Below, one piece after another: positions 52,253 through 64,000 of a DNA stretch of 64,000 nt. Each line of letters opens with the position of its first letter. Position 1 is the first letter of the stretch. The stretch lies in NCBI GenBank assembly GCA_951406725.2, contig OX597817.1:67580001-67644000 (forward strand). The letters are read 5' to 3'. The stretch is from Octopus vulgaris (Eukaryota). The translations under genes were made by a program, and so were the position numbers. The notes under the pieces are model-generated. The model had not been told where the DNA came from and searched no databases. It saw only the letters and a program-made list of their open reading frames with translations.

Positions 52253-52610
52253 GGACTCCACTTCCTAGAAAGAAGATGAGAAAGATATGCAGTGATTTAT
52301 TTATAGAAGACTTTTGAAGGGCTAGCACCATGTTTTGATATTGAGAACTTTATCATTTACAAAATTGCTCATCACTGCATAGTCCCATAGGACTCTACTT
52401 CTTGGAAAGAAGATGAGAAAGATATGCAGTGATTTATATATAGAAAAGTTTCAAAGGGCTTGCACCAAGTTTGGTATTGAGAACTTTATCATTCAAACTG
52501 GTCATAGTCCCATCATTGATCATCCACTCCCTGGAAAGAAGGTGAGAAAGAATTGCAGTAATTTATGTAAGGAAGAGCTTGGGCTAGTACCAAACTTTGG
52601 TACTGAGAGT
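52253..52610. repeat. Diverged ~135-bp tandem triplication
   Basis: Units start ~52253, 52390 and 52522; shared GAAAGAAG(A/G)TGAGAAAGA..TGCAGT.ATTTAT..GGGCT.G.ACCA..TTT.GTA.TGAGA. Confidence 0.85.
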
Positions 52611-53577
52611 GACTGCTACTACTTAAATCTCAAAACCCTCTGAGAAATTGAGAAACTTATATGAAGTGGATATAGGTATATTCAAGAAGTACTTGGATAC
52701 TCTAGTATCTGCAGTTCTGTGTGAATCAGTGTTATAGCAAGTGTGCATCTGGGGTCAGTGACATTAAACTCCTTCATTAACCAAAAAATTAACTATAGTA
52801 GGAGTGCTGTAAAACAAGTATCAGTTACATAAGCTGTGTTTCAGTATGGTTGCAGCTCTCAGGCTGAAACTAGTAAAAAAAAAAATTTGTGTGTGTGTGT
52901 GTGCAGATGTATAAGATATATATATATATATATATATATATGTTATGTTAAATACACAAATTTACTCTTCAGAACTAATGCTGTTTCCGTTGCAAATAAT
53001 GAATATATATATATATATACACACACACATATATATATATACACACATACAATACCCTGTAATAAATACACTTTATTCCAGTTAAGTGAAACTTGTGTTT
53101 ATTACTTTTGAATTTTATTTTAATATTGTAACTAAACTTTGTTCATTAAATATAATTTAATTTGTGTGCATGCGTGTGGATACCCACCAATATTTTGACC
53201 CTGTGATTGACTCTTAATATTTTCTAGTAGATTATATGGAGCACATTTTTTGGTTGTGAAAAGTTATTTATAATTAATTACCCAACACTTTCATGTTCAT
53301 ATTTCTAATCTATTAGCAGCCTATGTATTTTAATTAGTTTTCAGTATAAGCTAGATTTCAAATGCCTCTGTCGAAAGTCTGTAACCTAATATAATGCTCT
53401 AAATTACATGGATGTTGACCAACTGAATGCTCGTTTATGTTATAATGAAAATATGATTGAGGTTTTAAAACATGTCTTAGCACCCGCTATCTCAGGATAC
53501 TTGTTATTAAAACGGTTAAGTAATTTCTTCATGATTCACTGATTTACAGAAAACCATATGAAAGCTGAGTGTAGAAA

Positions 53578-53898
53578 TCTCCTTATATATAAACGACAAA
53601 ATGTCTGTGTGCGTGTCCTTAATACAAACCCACAATTTTTCAGTTAGAGGGCTCGCACTTTCTATGGTCATTCAAAACCATCCAAGGGTGGTCGTGCACA
53701 TCTTTACATTTCCCCTGCAAAGCCATTAAAAAATCAATAGAAGTGACTTTTTTGCGAATTTTCTATCCAAAACCCAATCAAAATGTCTGAAACTTGATAC
53801 GCTAAGTGAATGCCAGCTAGCTGTATGTGATTGGTTGGAGATTTGGACAGTACTCGTGTGTATGTGCGCATGCACGCAGCTGTATATGCATGCACTAG
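53578..53898 (+). mobile_element. Non-autonomous Helitron-like fragment
   Basis: A|TCTCCTTATATATAAACGACAAAATGTCTGTGTGCG resembles the 5' end of the 11037-11396 element; 3' CTAG end uncertain. Confidence 0.55.
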
Positions 53899-55636
53899 CA
53901 CTATGTTATATTTACGTAGAGGTGCTGAAAAGTTCCTGGCTTTAAGGGTATCCATAATACAGAACAGTATATTTTTTTTAAGTGTTCATATTTAACCTAT
54001 TAACATTTAGATTACTGTCAAATGATTATTTAACATTGTTTTGAATTAATTATTTATTGTGTTGTAGCTTTGGGATTTCAATGATGTCCTAAGGATCACA
54101 TTGTAGAATAGGTGTGATAGGCCGGATATGGCTGGTTTAAATGCTATCAAGTTAAAATTTAATTTTAATTAATAACTTTTTGTTGAATTATGTTCCAAAC
54201 ACCAACAAGGTATTCATCCAAGTAAAGCCACAGTATTATGAGGTTTTTCCCTCCAGAATCTTTTGTTTCACTGAATAAACAAAGCCTGCCTGTCCTCTTG
54301 TATCAACTGGATACAGGGATTAAAGTTACCTGTTGTAGCATGGATTTTAAGTTATATGTTGTAGCAAAGATGCAGAACACAAAACATGCAACACTACAAA
54401 AATATAAATATGAAAGAGTTCATTTTAGTAAATCCGTCTTTAATGGTGATAATTTTCCAGAACTAAGTGAAATACATTGATAGTGTATTTAATAGAAATA
54501 TATCATGAATATGTTAAATAAGAAATTCTGCTTAAGATCCTCATCTTTCTTAGTTCGAACCCCAATAGTTAATTTAATCCTTTAACATTCTGATTACACT
54601 GTCGAATGTAATGCTAATTTATTCACATTGTTTTTTTAATTAATCATGCACCATCATGTAGCTTCGAGATTTTGATTGGTGTAATTGTTTATTTTTAGAA
54701 TGGCATTGTCGCGTAAGTGTGAGAGGCTGGATCTGGTTGGTTTGAGCATAAAAGTGGGAGAATATTTTGGCCGGATATGGCCAGTTTATATGCCAAAGGG
54801 TTTCAGATCTAAGTTGAGAAAAGAAATTCTAAGGGTGTTTTAATTTGGAAACTATTATACTATCCTCATTTATTAATTTATAGGTTAGCCATTAGATTCT
54901 TTTCGTGCTCAAGCACAATTTGATGGGTTTTAGTCTTTCATATTAATCCCAGTACTTATTCAAGTCTGGTCCTTTTTATTTTTATTATCTGTTTCTGAAA
55001 CTGCCAAGTGATGTGATGTAAAGAGGGACAGCAGAACAATGCATATTCATACAAACACACAATACATAAACACACACACACACATGTACATATATTTGCA
55101 TACATGTAATATGCATATATACAAACATGTACTTATAAATACATGCATACACACACACAGAGAAGATTCTCTACTGCAAGATTTACCTCAGTGAGATTTG
55201 AACTCTGACCATGTTGAGTTGGATCAAATATGGCAAAGTATCTTTCACTCTTAACTACTTTATCAGTTTGCTGCCTTTCTTCTTTGTCAGTGTTCTTATC
55301 CAACTAATTACATGTAAATAATTTAATGGTTAAAACTTACTTCAATAAACAGTAAGAACACTGGTATGTATTTGATTAACATTTTATTAGCTTGCAGCAG
55401 GCTGCATTGAAAACATACAAAGGATATATTTTTGAGAAAGGTTGGCTCTCAATTAGGCTTGGTCTGGTGCACCAACATGTAGGCAGGTCCAAGACTCCAC
55501 CACTCACCTCTAGCATCCATCTCTGCAGCAATAAGAAGTTACAATCATTTACATAGAATTCAGTCTTGTAATTATGAGAGATTAGATATGGTGCTACAAG
55601 GAACTTAATTTGAATTTCAATGCATTATATAATATA

Positions 55637-55637
<1 letters not shown>

Positions 55638-55687
<50 letters not shown>

Positions 55688-55724
55688 CATATACACACAC
55701 ATATATATACATATATATATATAC

Positions 55725-55772
<48 letters not shown>
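55638..55772. repeat. Long (TA)n/(TACA) microsatellite
   Basis: Direct. Similar tracts at 1758-1832, 12063-12112, 29903-29950 and 57104-57134. Confidence 0.95.
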
Positions 55773-55776
<4 letters not shown>

Positions 55777-56595
55777 AACAAATCAAATCAAATCAAATCA
55801 AAACAAATCAAAATAGATGAACATTAATGGAATTGTATCTTTGTGGTACCAGTGCCGGTGGCACACAAGAAAACCATCCGAACGTGGCCGTAGCCAGTAC
55901 CGCACCGACTGGCCTCCGTGCTGTGGGCACGTAACAAACACCATCCGATCATGGCCGTTCGCCAGCCTCATCTGGCACCTGTGTCGGTGGCACATAAAAA
56001 CACCATCCGAAGACCCGGCAAGACTAGTCAGGCCATAACCTGTGGCCCCTACCTGGGACGTAGTCAGTCCACCTGTGCATACCTTCCTTCTTGTGACACT
56101 TGTGAAGACCTGTTGAGGCAAGTGAAAATCAAAACAAATCAAAATAGATGAACATCAATGGAATTTGTATCTTTGTGGTACCAGTGCCGGTGGTACCAGT
56201 GCCGGTGGCACGTGGCACACAAGAAAACCATCCGAACGTGGCCGTAGCCAGTACCGCATCGACTGGCCTCCGTGCTGTGGGCACGTAACAAACACCATCC
56301 GATCGTGGCCGTTTGCCAGCCTCGTCTGGCACCTGTGTCGGTGGCACATAAAAAACACCATCCGAGCGTGGCCGTTTGCCAGCCTCGTCTGGCACCTGTG
56401 TCGGTGGCACATAAAATCACCCACTACACTCTCGGAGTGGTTGGCGTTAGGAAGGGCATCCAGCTGTAGAAACACTGCCAGATCTGACTGGACTGGTGCA
56501 GCTTTCGGGCTCCCCAGACCCCAGTTGAACCGTCCAACCCATGCTAGCATGGAAAGCAGACGTTAAATGATAATGATGATGATGATGATGATGAT
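55773..56595 (+). mobile_element. Young RTE-type 3' UTR with internal duplication and repeated hairpin modules
   Basis: 55795-56010 is duplicated at 56126-56365; modules GTG(C/T)CGGTGGCAC-AnAAAA-ACCATCCGA-CGTGGCCGT; ends in the family C tail and (GAT)n; CpG-rich. Confidence 0.8.
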
Positions 56596-56779
56596 ATATA
56601 CATACACACACACATATATATATATGTTGAAGTGAATCGAACGGCTTTTGTGTGTTTCTTAAATGGCTTACAAACACCTTCCACGCTGCAATTGTTTGTG
56701 TTTCAGCACACGATCTCAGATCAAATCACTTGCTATGCAAGTACATCTCCGTAATATATATATTTATATATATATATGT

Positions 56780-57025
56780 ATATGTGACAATTATTCGGTA
56801 GCCATGATAAAGTTTTGGATGTTGGGACAGCATCTCTTCAGTTATTGGGCCATTGAAAAAAGTGCTATGAAAACGACCATTAAAACAAAGGGACCTTGTT
56901 TTAACAGTCATTTTCATAGCATTTTTAATGGCCCGATAACTGAAGAGATGCTGGCGTGGGCTTCTGCCCCAACATCTGAAACTCGGAGTTTTATCATGGC
57001 TACCGAATGAATAATTGTCACATAT
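56780..57025. repeat. ~245-bp fold-back palindrome carrying a type I hammerhead motif
   Basis: ATATGTGACAATTATTC.. / ..GAATAATTGTCACATAT arms, centre ~56891; element bounded by TA tracts. Confidence 0.9.
56932..57000 (+). ncRNA. Type I hammerhead ribozyme motif (Penelope-type, minimal stem III)
   Basis: GATAA-CTGAAGA-GATGCTGG..CCAACATC-T-GAAA-CTC-G-GAG-TT-TTATC. Confidence 0.65.
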
Positions 57026-57101
57026 TATATTTACAGATAAATTCCTCTATTTACATAATATCGAGGTCTCTTTCATTCTTTTGTTCTCTTGCCATTTCTA
57101 T

Positions 57102-57137
<36 letters not shown>

Positions 57138-58654
57138 GTTGAGTGCTGCTTAGGCATGTGAGCCTTTTATTGTAATTCTGAAACAAAATTAGTGTGACAC
57201 AGAATGTGACAAAGATGAACCTTTCGAATTAGAGAGAGAGGTACAGCCCATCCATCAGGCTTCTACACAGTTTCCATTGACCCAATTTCCCCCACAGCAC
57301 TCAGATCAGCCCGAGACCAGCCAAAGACACTTTTATTGATTTCAGTTTTATTGATTTCAGGTCTTCATGATTGCAAGGCAGACTTCCTTACTAATTATTC
57401 ATACATGCTACTATGTCTAGTGTGTGTGTGTGTGTGTGTAATAATATATATAGCAGAATCAGTAGAGCAGTGTGCAAATACATTGTGATATTTAATTGAG
57501 AGCTGAAATCGCTCTGCACCTGAGTTGCTTCTTAACCATTCATCTGCTTGAGATATATACTAGATAATAAACTGCACTCTTGAAGGTGTCACTCACCTGC
57601 TCCCTTTCCTCCTTCACACGTAGACTGAAGCAAGTAGAAGAAAGAGTATTTATTTACCCATCTTTCAAAATTATATTCATTTCTTTGATGTTAGTTTCCA
57701 CTTTCATTGTTCAATTGTTTTTATACTGTGTGTGTGTGTGTGTGTGTGTATCATCACCACCAACATCATCTTACCATTTTTTTCCATGCCTGTGGGACAA
57801 GATTTGTTAAGACAGATTTCAACATCTTTCCGTAATGCCAATCCCTAGCAAAAGAAAATTGCTTTTTTAATGGAAACATTATTATTGTTGTTATTATTAT
57901 TATTGGATTGGAATGTCCACTGCAGGACGAAGGCCTCAGCATGTTCTCTTCACCAACCATGGATGTGGATGCTGTGAATCTGAGCTTCAGATCATACTGG
58001 TTTAATGAGCCAATTCTGCCACACGTATTTGACATGGCTTGGCAGAGAGGTGCAGCTTTTATACTCTTACTCAAGAGTAGTTAAGTCAGTTACATTGATC
58101 TCAGTGCTCAGCTGGTAATTGTTATTATTATTGTTGTTGTTGTCGTTATTCTGAAAGACTCTTGGGTAGTTCTAAATTACCAGTTATTCTTTACTTGAAA
58201 GCAGGTAATAACAAATCACCAAAGGTTTCGAGTAGTGCCCTGGACTGTGTTTATGTCCTCATAATTTAGCTGTTTCGCAAAGGGTACTGATAGAAAAGTA
58301 CCAGGTTTTAAAAAATAACTACTGGAGTCAATAGATTTGACTAAAAATTCTTCAAGGCAGTGCCCCAGCATGGCCACATTCTTATGACTGAAACAAGTGA
58401 AAGGTATACCTACACCCAGTTTACAAATAGCTTACTATAAATTTCTTGTGTTGTTTATTATTTTTAACTCTGACACACAACAAACTAATAGATACTAATG
58501 GATAACTAATGCCAAAACTAGCTTTCTTTTTTTCAGTTTTGTTATTTTTGCTGAACAATATTTTCTTAAATCATTACCACTATAAACATTATAAATTGCT
58601 CCATTAATTCACTGTGTGTGTGCATTAACATGAACTTTATTATTACAATCGGCA

Positions 58655-59695
58655 TGGAGGTGGTGAGCTGGCTGGATCATTAGCACACCGTACAAAATGT
58701 TCACCAGCATTTTGTCTGGCTTTATGTTCTAGGTTCAAATCCTACCAAAGACAACTTTGCCTTTCATCCTTCCTGGGTTGATGAAATAAGTGCCAGTTGA
58801 CTACAGGGGTTAGTGTAATCAACAGGCTTCCTCCCCACAAAATTTCAGGTTTTGTGCCTATAGTATAGAGGATAACTCTTACCAGGGAAGAGACCGTGAA
58901 CTGGCAGAACTGTTAACATTTTGTCCATTCTGAGTTGAAATCCTGCCGCGGTCAATTTTGCCTTTCATCTTTTCAGGGTCAACAAAATAAATATCAAAAT
59001 AAGTACTAGGGTCAATGTAATCACCTTACCCACTCCTCCATACTTGCTGACCTTGTGTCAAAATTTAAAACTATTATTTCTTCTGCTTCTTTACATTCTG
59101 AGTTCAAATCTCACCAAAGTCAACTTTGTCTGTTATCCTTCAAGGATTGACGAACTATAAAATACCTGTTAAATACTGCAGTTGTTGTAATAACTAACTC
59201 TCTCCTTCAAAATTTGAAGCCTTGTGCCTATGTCAGAGCAGTTATTACTATCAGAGTGATGGTGTTAATTGTACTACTAATTAAACTTCATTACTACATT
59301 AAAATCTAAGGTGGTGAGCTGGCAGAGTCATTAGCACACTGGACAAAATGCTAAGTGGCTCTTGGTCTATCTTTACCCTCTGAGTTCAAATTCCCCTGAG
59401 GTCAACTTTGTCTTTCATACTTTTGTGGGTCAATAAACTAAGTACTAGTTAAGCCCTGGGGTTGATATAATTAAACACCCTCCCCAAAAAATTTCAGGCC
59501 TTGTACCTATAGCTGAAAGAATTAAAATTTTGGCACAGGGCCAGTAATAGTCAATTACATTGACCCCAGTACTCAACTGGTATTTATTTTATCGGTCTCC
59601 AAAAGGCAAAGTCGACCTCAGAATTTGAACTCAGAACAAAATATCACCAAGCATTTTGCCTGGCATTGCTAATGATTCTCCAAGCTCACAGCCTT
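58655..59695. mobile_element. Cluster of ~5 SINE family B copies, the last one inverted
   Basis: GGTGGTGAGCTGGC heads at ~58659 and 59310 with repeated central domains; minus-strand copy 59525-59695. Confidence 0.8.
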
Positions 59696-59882
59696 TAAAA
59701 GGCTTATTATATTAAAATCTATATTCATGATTAGCTAGGTGGTGGTGGTGGTGGTGGTTGTGGTGGAGGGGGAGATTTTTTTCCTTTTATTTGTTTCTGT
59801 AATTTTCATGTCATTATGTTATAAAAACTTCTTTTCGCAATTTCCATCAATTGGAGAAAGTACTTTACATATAGTAGCAATG

Positions 59883-59916
<34 letters not shown>

Positions 59917-61246
59917 CTACTATAGTGGGTGTACGTGAGAGGGGTGCAACATGTGAAAGGAAGTTCCAACTTGCGTTTTCAAGAGGAAAGCAAATTAAGA
60001 GTCATTGAGTTTTAAGTTCTTTTCCTCTGGTCTTTCTTTCTGTTCTTTTTCACTTTTTTACCTTTTTCTTTTGTTTTTTGGTTGTTGTTTTTTTTTTTTT
60101 TTACTTTTTTAAATTTTTATCTATTTAAGTTTGTTTTCTCATCTCTCATTCTTTCTCTACATTGTGAGAGAGAACCCTTTTATTTCATATCTACAAAGAA
60201 AGTTGGGAAACGTTCTATCATGAAAGGGTATTATGATACTTTAAGTGAAGGCTTAGCTGTTTACAAAGTACGAGTCAAATGCGAAATTTACATTTAAGGC
60301 CATTGTTGAATTTTGTTGGTGTTGTTGTTATTAATCATAGTTTGTTTTTGTTGTTGTTGTTCTTCTTGCTTGATTGCAACCAAATCCTTATTAATTGTCT
60401 TACTTACTTATATGCTTTCATTCTCGTATATGATTAGCTAGGCATATAATTAGCTAGCGCTCGACTGTGCAGAAATGCAATGCTCTTAAAACTTTTCCTG
60501 CCTGTAGCTTGAATGGCGACCAACTAAAAAAACCAGAATGCTGGCAGACCATATGTTTTCAATTATTTATATGCCGCTTGCTTATTATATCTACTACTAC
60601 TACTATTACTTCTACTACTACTGCTGCTACTGCTACTATTACTACTACTTTTAATAACATTTAGTTTCACACACACTCGCTCACTCTGACACACATACAC
60701 CCTTACTCGCATGATATTCTTCTAACTTATTAGTTTATAAAGTGGCCCACTTGAAAATTTACGGCTTCTATCATTTTCTTACATCATATTCATCGCAGAA
60801 GTTCTTTTCAATGATTTCTAAGTTCCTTTTTAACATTTTAGTAGCATTCAGATTACTCTGTAAAATGTAATGCTTGTTTATTCACATTGCTTCGGGTTTA
60901 ATCATGCATTAGCCTGTAGCTTTTGCGATTTCAATGATGTGATTGTTTATGTTTAGGACATTGTAGGGTAGGTGTGAGAGGCTGGTTCTGGCCAGCTTGA
61001 ACATAAAGCAGGTAGAATATTTTTGGCTGGATGTGGCTAGTTTAAATGTTAAAAGGTTGGGGTTTTTTTTTTTTTTTTTTCGGTTTTCTTTATTTGATAA
61101 CTGATTTCAAAGAAATATTAAATAGCTGGGTTTGCTGATTGATTAATAAATAATGATTTAATATAAAATATATCTTGATAAATTTCTCTGTATAATCTAT
61201 TGGTATTAATGTTTATGTGTCTTTGTATAAATAAGCAAGTTATACA

Positions 61247-61581
61247 ATGGTTCTGAGTTCCATTGTGTCACTTTGCACAAATGTCTACTATAGCCCCAGG
61301 CCAACCAAAGCTTTGTGAGTGGATTTGGTAGGCAGAAAGGGAAAGAAGCCCATTGTGTGTGTGTGTCTTTGTGTTTGTCCTCTGCCACTGTTTGATAACT
61401 GATGTTGGTTTGTTTACATCCTTGTAAAGTATCAGTTCAGCTAAAAGAGGCTGATAGAATGAGTAAATACTAAGCTTTAAAAAAATAAGTAAGTACTGGG
61501 GTCAATTTATTTAACAAAACCCTTCGAGGTGGTGCCCCAGCATGGCCCTAGTCCCGTGATTGAAACAAATAAAGGATAAAA
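61247..61581 (+). mobile_element. SINE family A, diverged
   Basis: CTTTGTGAGTGGATTTGGTAG..GGTGCCCCAGCATGGCC..GAAACAAATAAA. Confidence 0.75.
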
Positions 61582-61689
61582 ATAGAAGATGAATAAATAG
61601 AAAGAGAGCATGAGAGACAGGGATAGGGGATAAGTAGAGGTAGAAGGTTCCTGGCTTTCAAAATTAACTGATTCTACACAACCTATTGC

Positions 61690-61981
61690 GGAGGCACATG
61701 GCCAAGTGGCTAGAGCAGCGGACTCGCGGTCAAGGGATCGTGGGTTCGAATCTCAGACCGGACGATGTGTGTGTTTATGAGCGAAACACCTAGGCTCCAC
61801 GTGGCTCCGGCAGAAGATAATGGCAGAACTTCTGCTGACTCTTTCGCCACAACTTTCTGTCACTCTTTCCTGCAGCTCACCTTCGATGGACCGGCGTCCC
61901 GTCCAGGTGGGGGACCTATACGCCAAGAAGCCGGGAAACTGGCCCTTATGAGCCAGGTGTGGCTCGAGAAGGAACAAACAA
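61690..61981 (+). mobile_element. tRNA-derived SINE family D, young full-length copy
   Basis: 14-bp TSD ACACAACCTATTGC (61676-89, 61982-95); A box TGGCCAAGTGG, B box GGTTCGAATC. Confidence 0.95.
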
Positions 61982-64000
61982 ACACAACCTATTGCTGGTA
62001 TGGAAATGCAGGTACAAAATGATAGCTGTAGAATCTCTCTCACTCAAAGCTGTTTGCCATAGACTTTCTTTATCTCTCTCTCTCTCTCTCCCATTCTTCT
62101 TATGTGTGATCTAAACTGAATTGATATCGGTTAACATAATGAAAGCATCTGTGTATTAAAAGCTAAGACCTGCTGCAGCATAACTTACCCTGTCAATATC
62201 GTGCTGTTTATCATTACCAGATGTGTTTTTGTTTTTGTGTGTTCTTTTCACTGTTGATTACTTTTTCACCTTCACAGTTATTATTTACCTTTGCTAGGCA
62301 TTGTAGCTTGCCATATGACACATCTTCACACACATCTTCACACACAACTTCCATTCTATGACTTCATACTGATGAGAAAAGCTTAAAAGCATTAGTTTAT
62401 TCTTTCTATTTATAAGAAGTCTGGAATAGTTTACATTCTCCTCCTTACTTCCTTATGAAGTTATTATTATAATCATCATCCTCATCGTTATTATTATCAT
62501 CATCATCATCATCATTGTTGTTGTTTGTTTTCCTTTTATCAAAAGAAACTAATTCATTTTTCTTAATAATTATTCTTCAGTTAAAAATAAACAAAAAAAG
62601 AATGTTTCATTATTTGATAATCTTCATCAGTTCTAGTGAAAATAATTTTTGTAAAGATATCAATTTGCTTCACTCAAGTCTGATATCATGATAAGTAATG
62701 AAAAGAAAAAATAGAGAGTATTAATTATGACAGTGAACCTGTTGTGTATAATAACATCTAACAGTCACAAATTAAAAGTGCAATTGACTTAACAGTACAC
62801 TGTTGGAGCAAAATCCTGGAGGTGTAGTGAAAATTCTTCCCAGCCCTTTTTTTTCTCACAAGCTTTTGTCTAATTGACCTATTAAAAGAATTATACATAT
62901 ATTTATATATTTGTAACAGGTATTTCATTTATTAGGTCTAATATCAATTAGAATGTTCATATATGTGTGTGTGTGTAATCTACACACACATACACACATG
63001 AACAGATATACACTTATTCGTATTGTGTTAAATTGGCACTGTTGATTAGAATTCATTGCCACATTTGTTCTGGTTTCCTGCATTTTTTAGTTCAGATCTC
63101 ACCCAGATCATTTTACTTTCCATCGTTTTGGGGTTGCCAAGAGGGTTGGAAAGATGCCTTGCAGTATCTGTTTCAGTCCTGTTTCCTGAGTGCAAATCTT
63201 GTCTTCTGTTACCGAATGCTGTAGAACGGCCCTTTAATATGCAGTAAAAACAGTGATAAGCTGGGGTTAGCAACCAAGTATTTCATCCATTCACTCTCAC
63301 TACCAGCTAGCAGGAGAAAACAAGCAGAGACTTTCAAGTCTTGTGCATTAAATGAATGAATGCAACAACTTCACTACTTTTGGTGCTGTGATAGAGTGCG
63401 CCCAGTACACTCTGTAAAGAGACAGTCTTGTTTAAGTTAAGACATTGCAAATGTATCTAGCACAATCTGTAAAATTGGTTGGTGTTAGGAAGGACATACA
63501 GCTGTGCAAACCATGCCTATATAGAACGTACAAGCAAAATGTAGTTTACTGATCACATCAAAGAGGAAGGTAACTCCAAATAAACTTTGAGCATATCCAG
63601 TCCGAGCCACCTTGGAAAGCAAACATAAAATGATGATGATTTCTTTTGATTTTATGGTTATTGTTGACTCTACGTGGAAATATCTACGGTTGTGTATCCT
63701 GGATTTTCAAGCTGCATTGATGAATTAAAATCTTGATGCATTGTAATTTAATAACTGTGTGAACTGGTAGCCAGTTTCCTGTAGGAATGCTTACTATGAG
63801 TTCTGCTTCATTCTCTGAATCCAGTTTTCAACTTCATTGTGTGTGTGTATATGTATGTATATGTATGTATATATATATATATATATAGATATATAGATAG
63901 ATAGATAGATAGACGCATAGATAGATATACATATACACACCACACACACACGTGCAGTGTGTGTATACATTGTATAAAGTGTGTGGTGTTAAATACTGTT

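Noticed and set aside
52941-53003. TA-flanked insert with minus-strand GAAAC..CTGAAGAG, like the permuted hammerhead
   Set aside because: No pairing partners for stems I and III can be found in the fragment.
55795-56415. Repeat-spacer-like pattern resembling a CRISPR array
   Set aside because: The spacers are themselves repeated, the context is a eukaryotic RTE 3' UTR and there are no cas genes.
61690-61765. tRNA gene (also 31885-31960 and 24393-24480)
   Set aside because: These are tRNA-like SINE heads that continue into SINE bodies bounded by TSDs; no proper acceptor stem or terminator.
301-63273. Most ORFs in the supplied track (YIYIYI, CVCVCV, LLLL/IIII/NNNN, SINE-derived frames)
   Set aside because: They are translations of microsatellites and SINEs, with no domain signal or exon structure.

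Overview
AT-rich eukaryotic (animal) non-coding DNA, probably intronic or intergenic. The SINE and RTE repeat families match those I recall from octopus genomes, so a cephalopod origin is an inference. No intact protein-coding gene can be supported: nearly all supplied ORFs are microsatellite or repeat artefacts. The window is a dense mosaic of tRNA-derived SINEs (3-4 families, some with clear TSDs), RTE-clade LINE 3' ends, a HERO-like RLE LINE fragment, a Penelope-like (GIY-YIG) fragment, Tc1/mariner remnants and MITEs, hAT and piggyBac-type MITEs, non-autonomous Helitrons and many (TA)n/(CA)n/(ATT)n/(GAT)n tracts. The most interesting signal is a set of short, mutually unrelated elements sitting in TA-rich microsatellites, each carrying a hammerhead-ribozyme-like core. 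Three are long fold-back palindromes. One (12358-12431) has an apparently intact core whose three strands are in a non-circularly permuted order. A few weak + strand exon candidates, including a 13-nt micro-exon, hint at a host gene.
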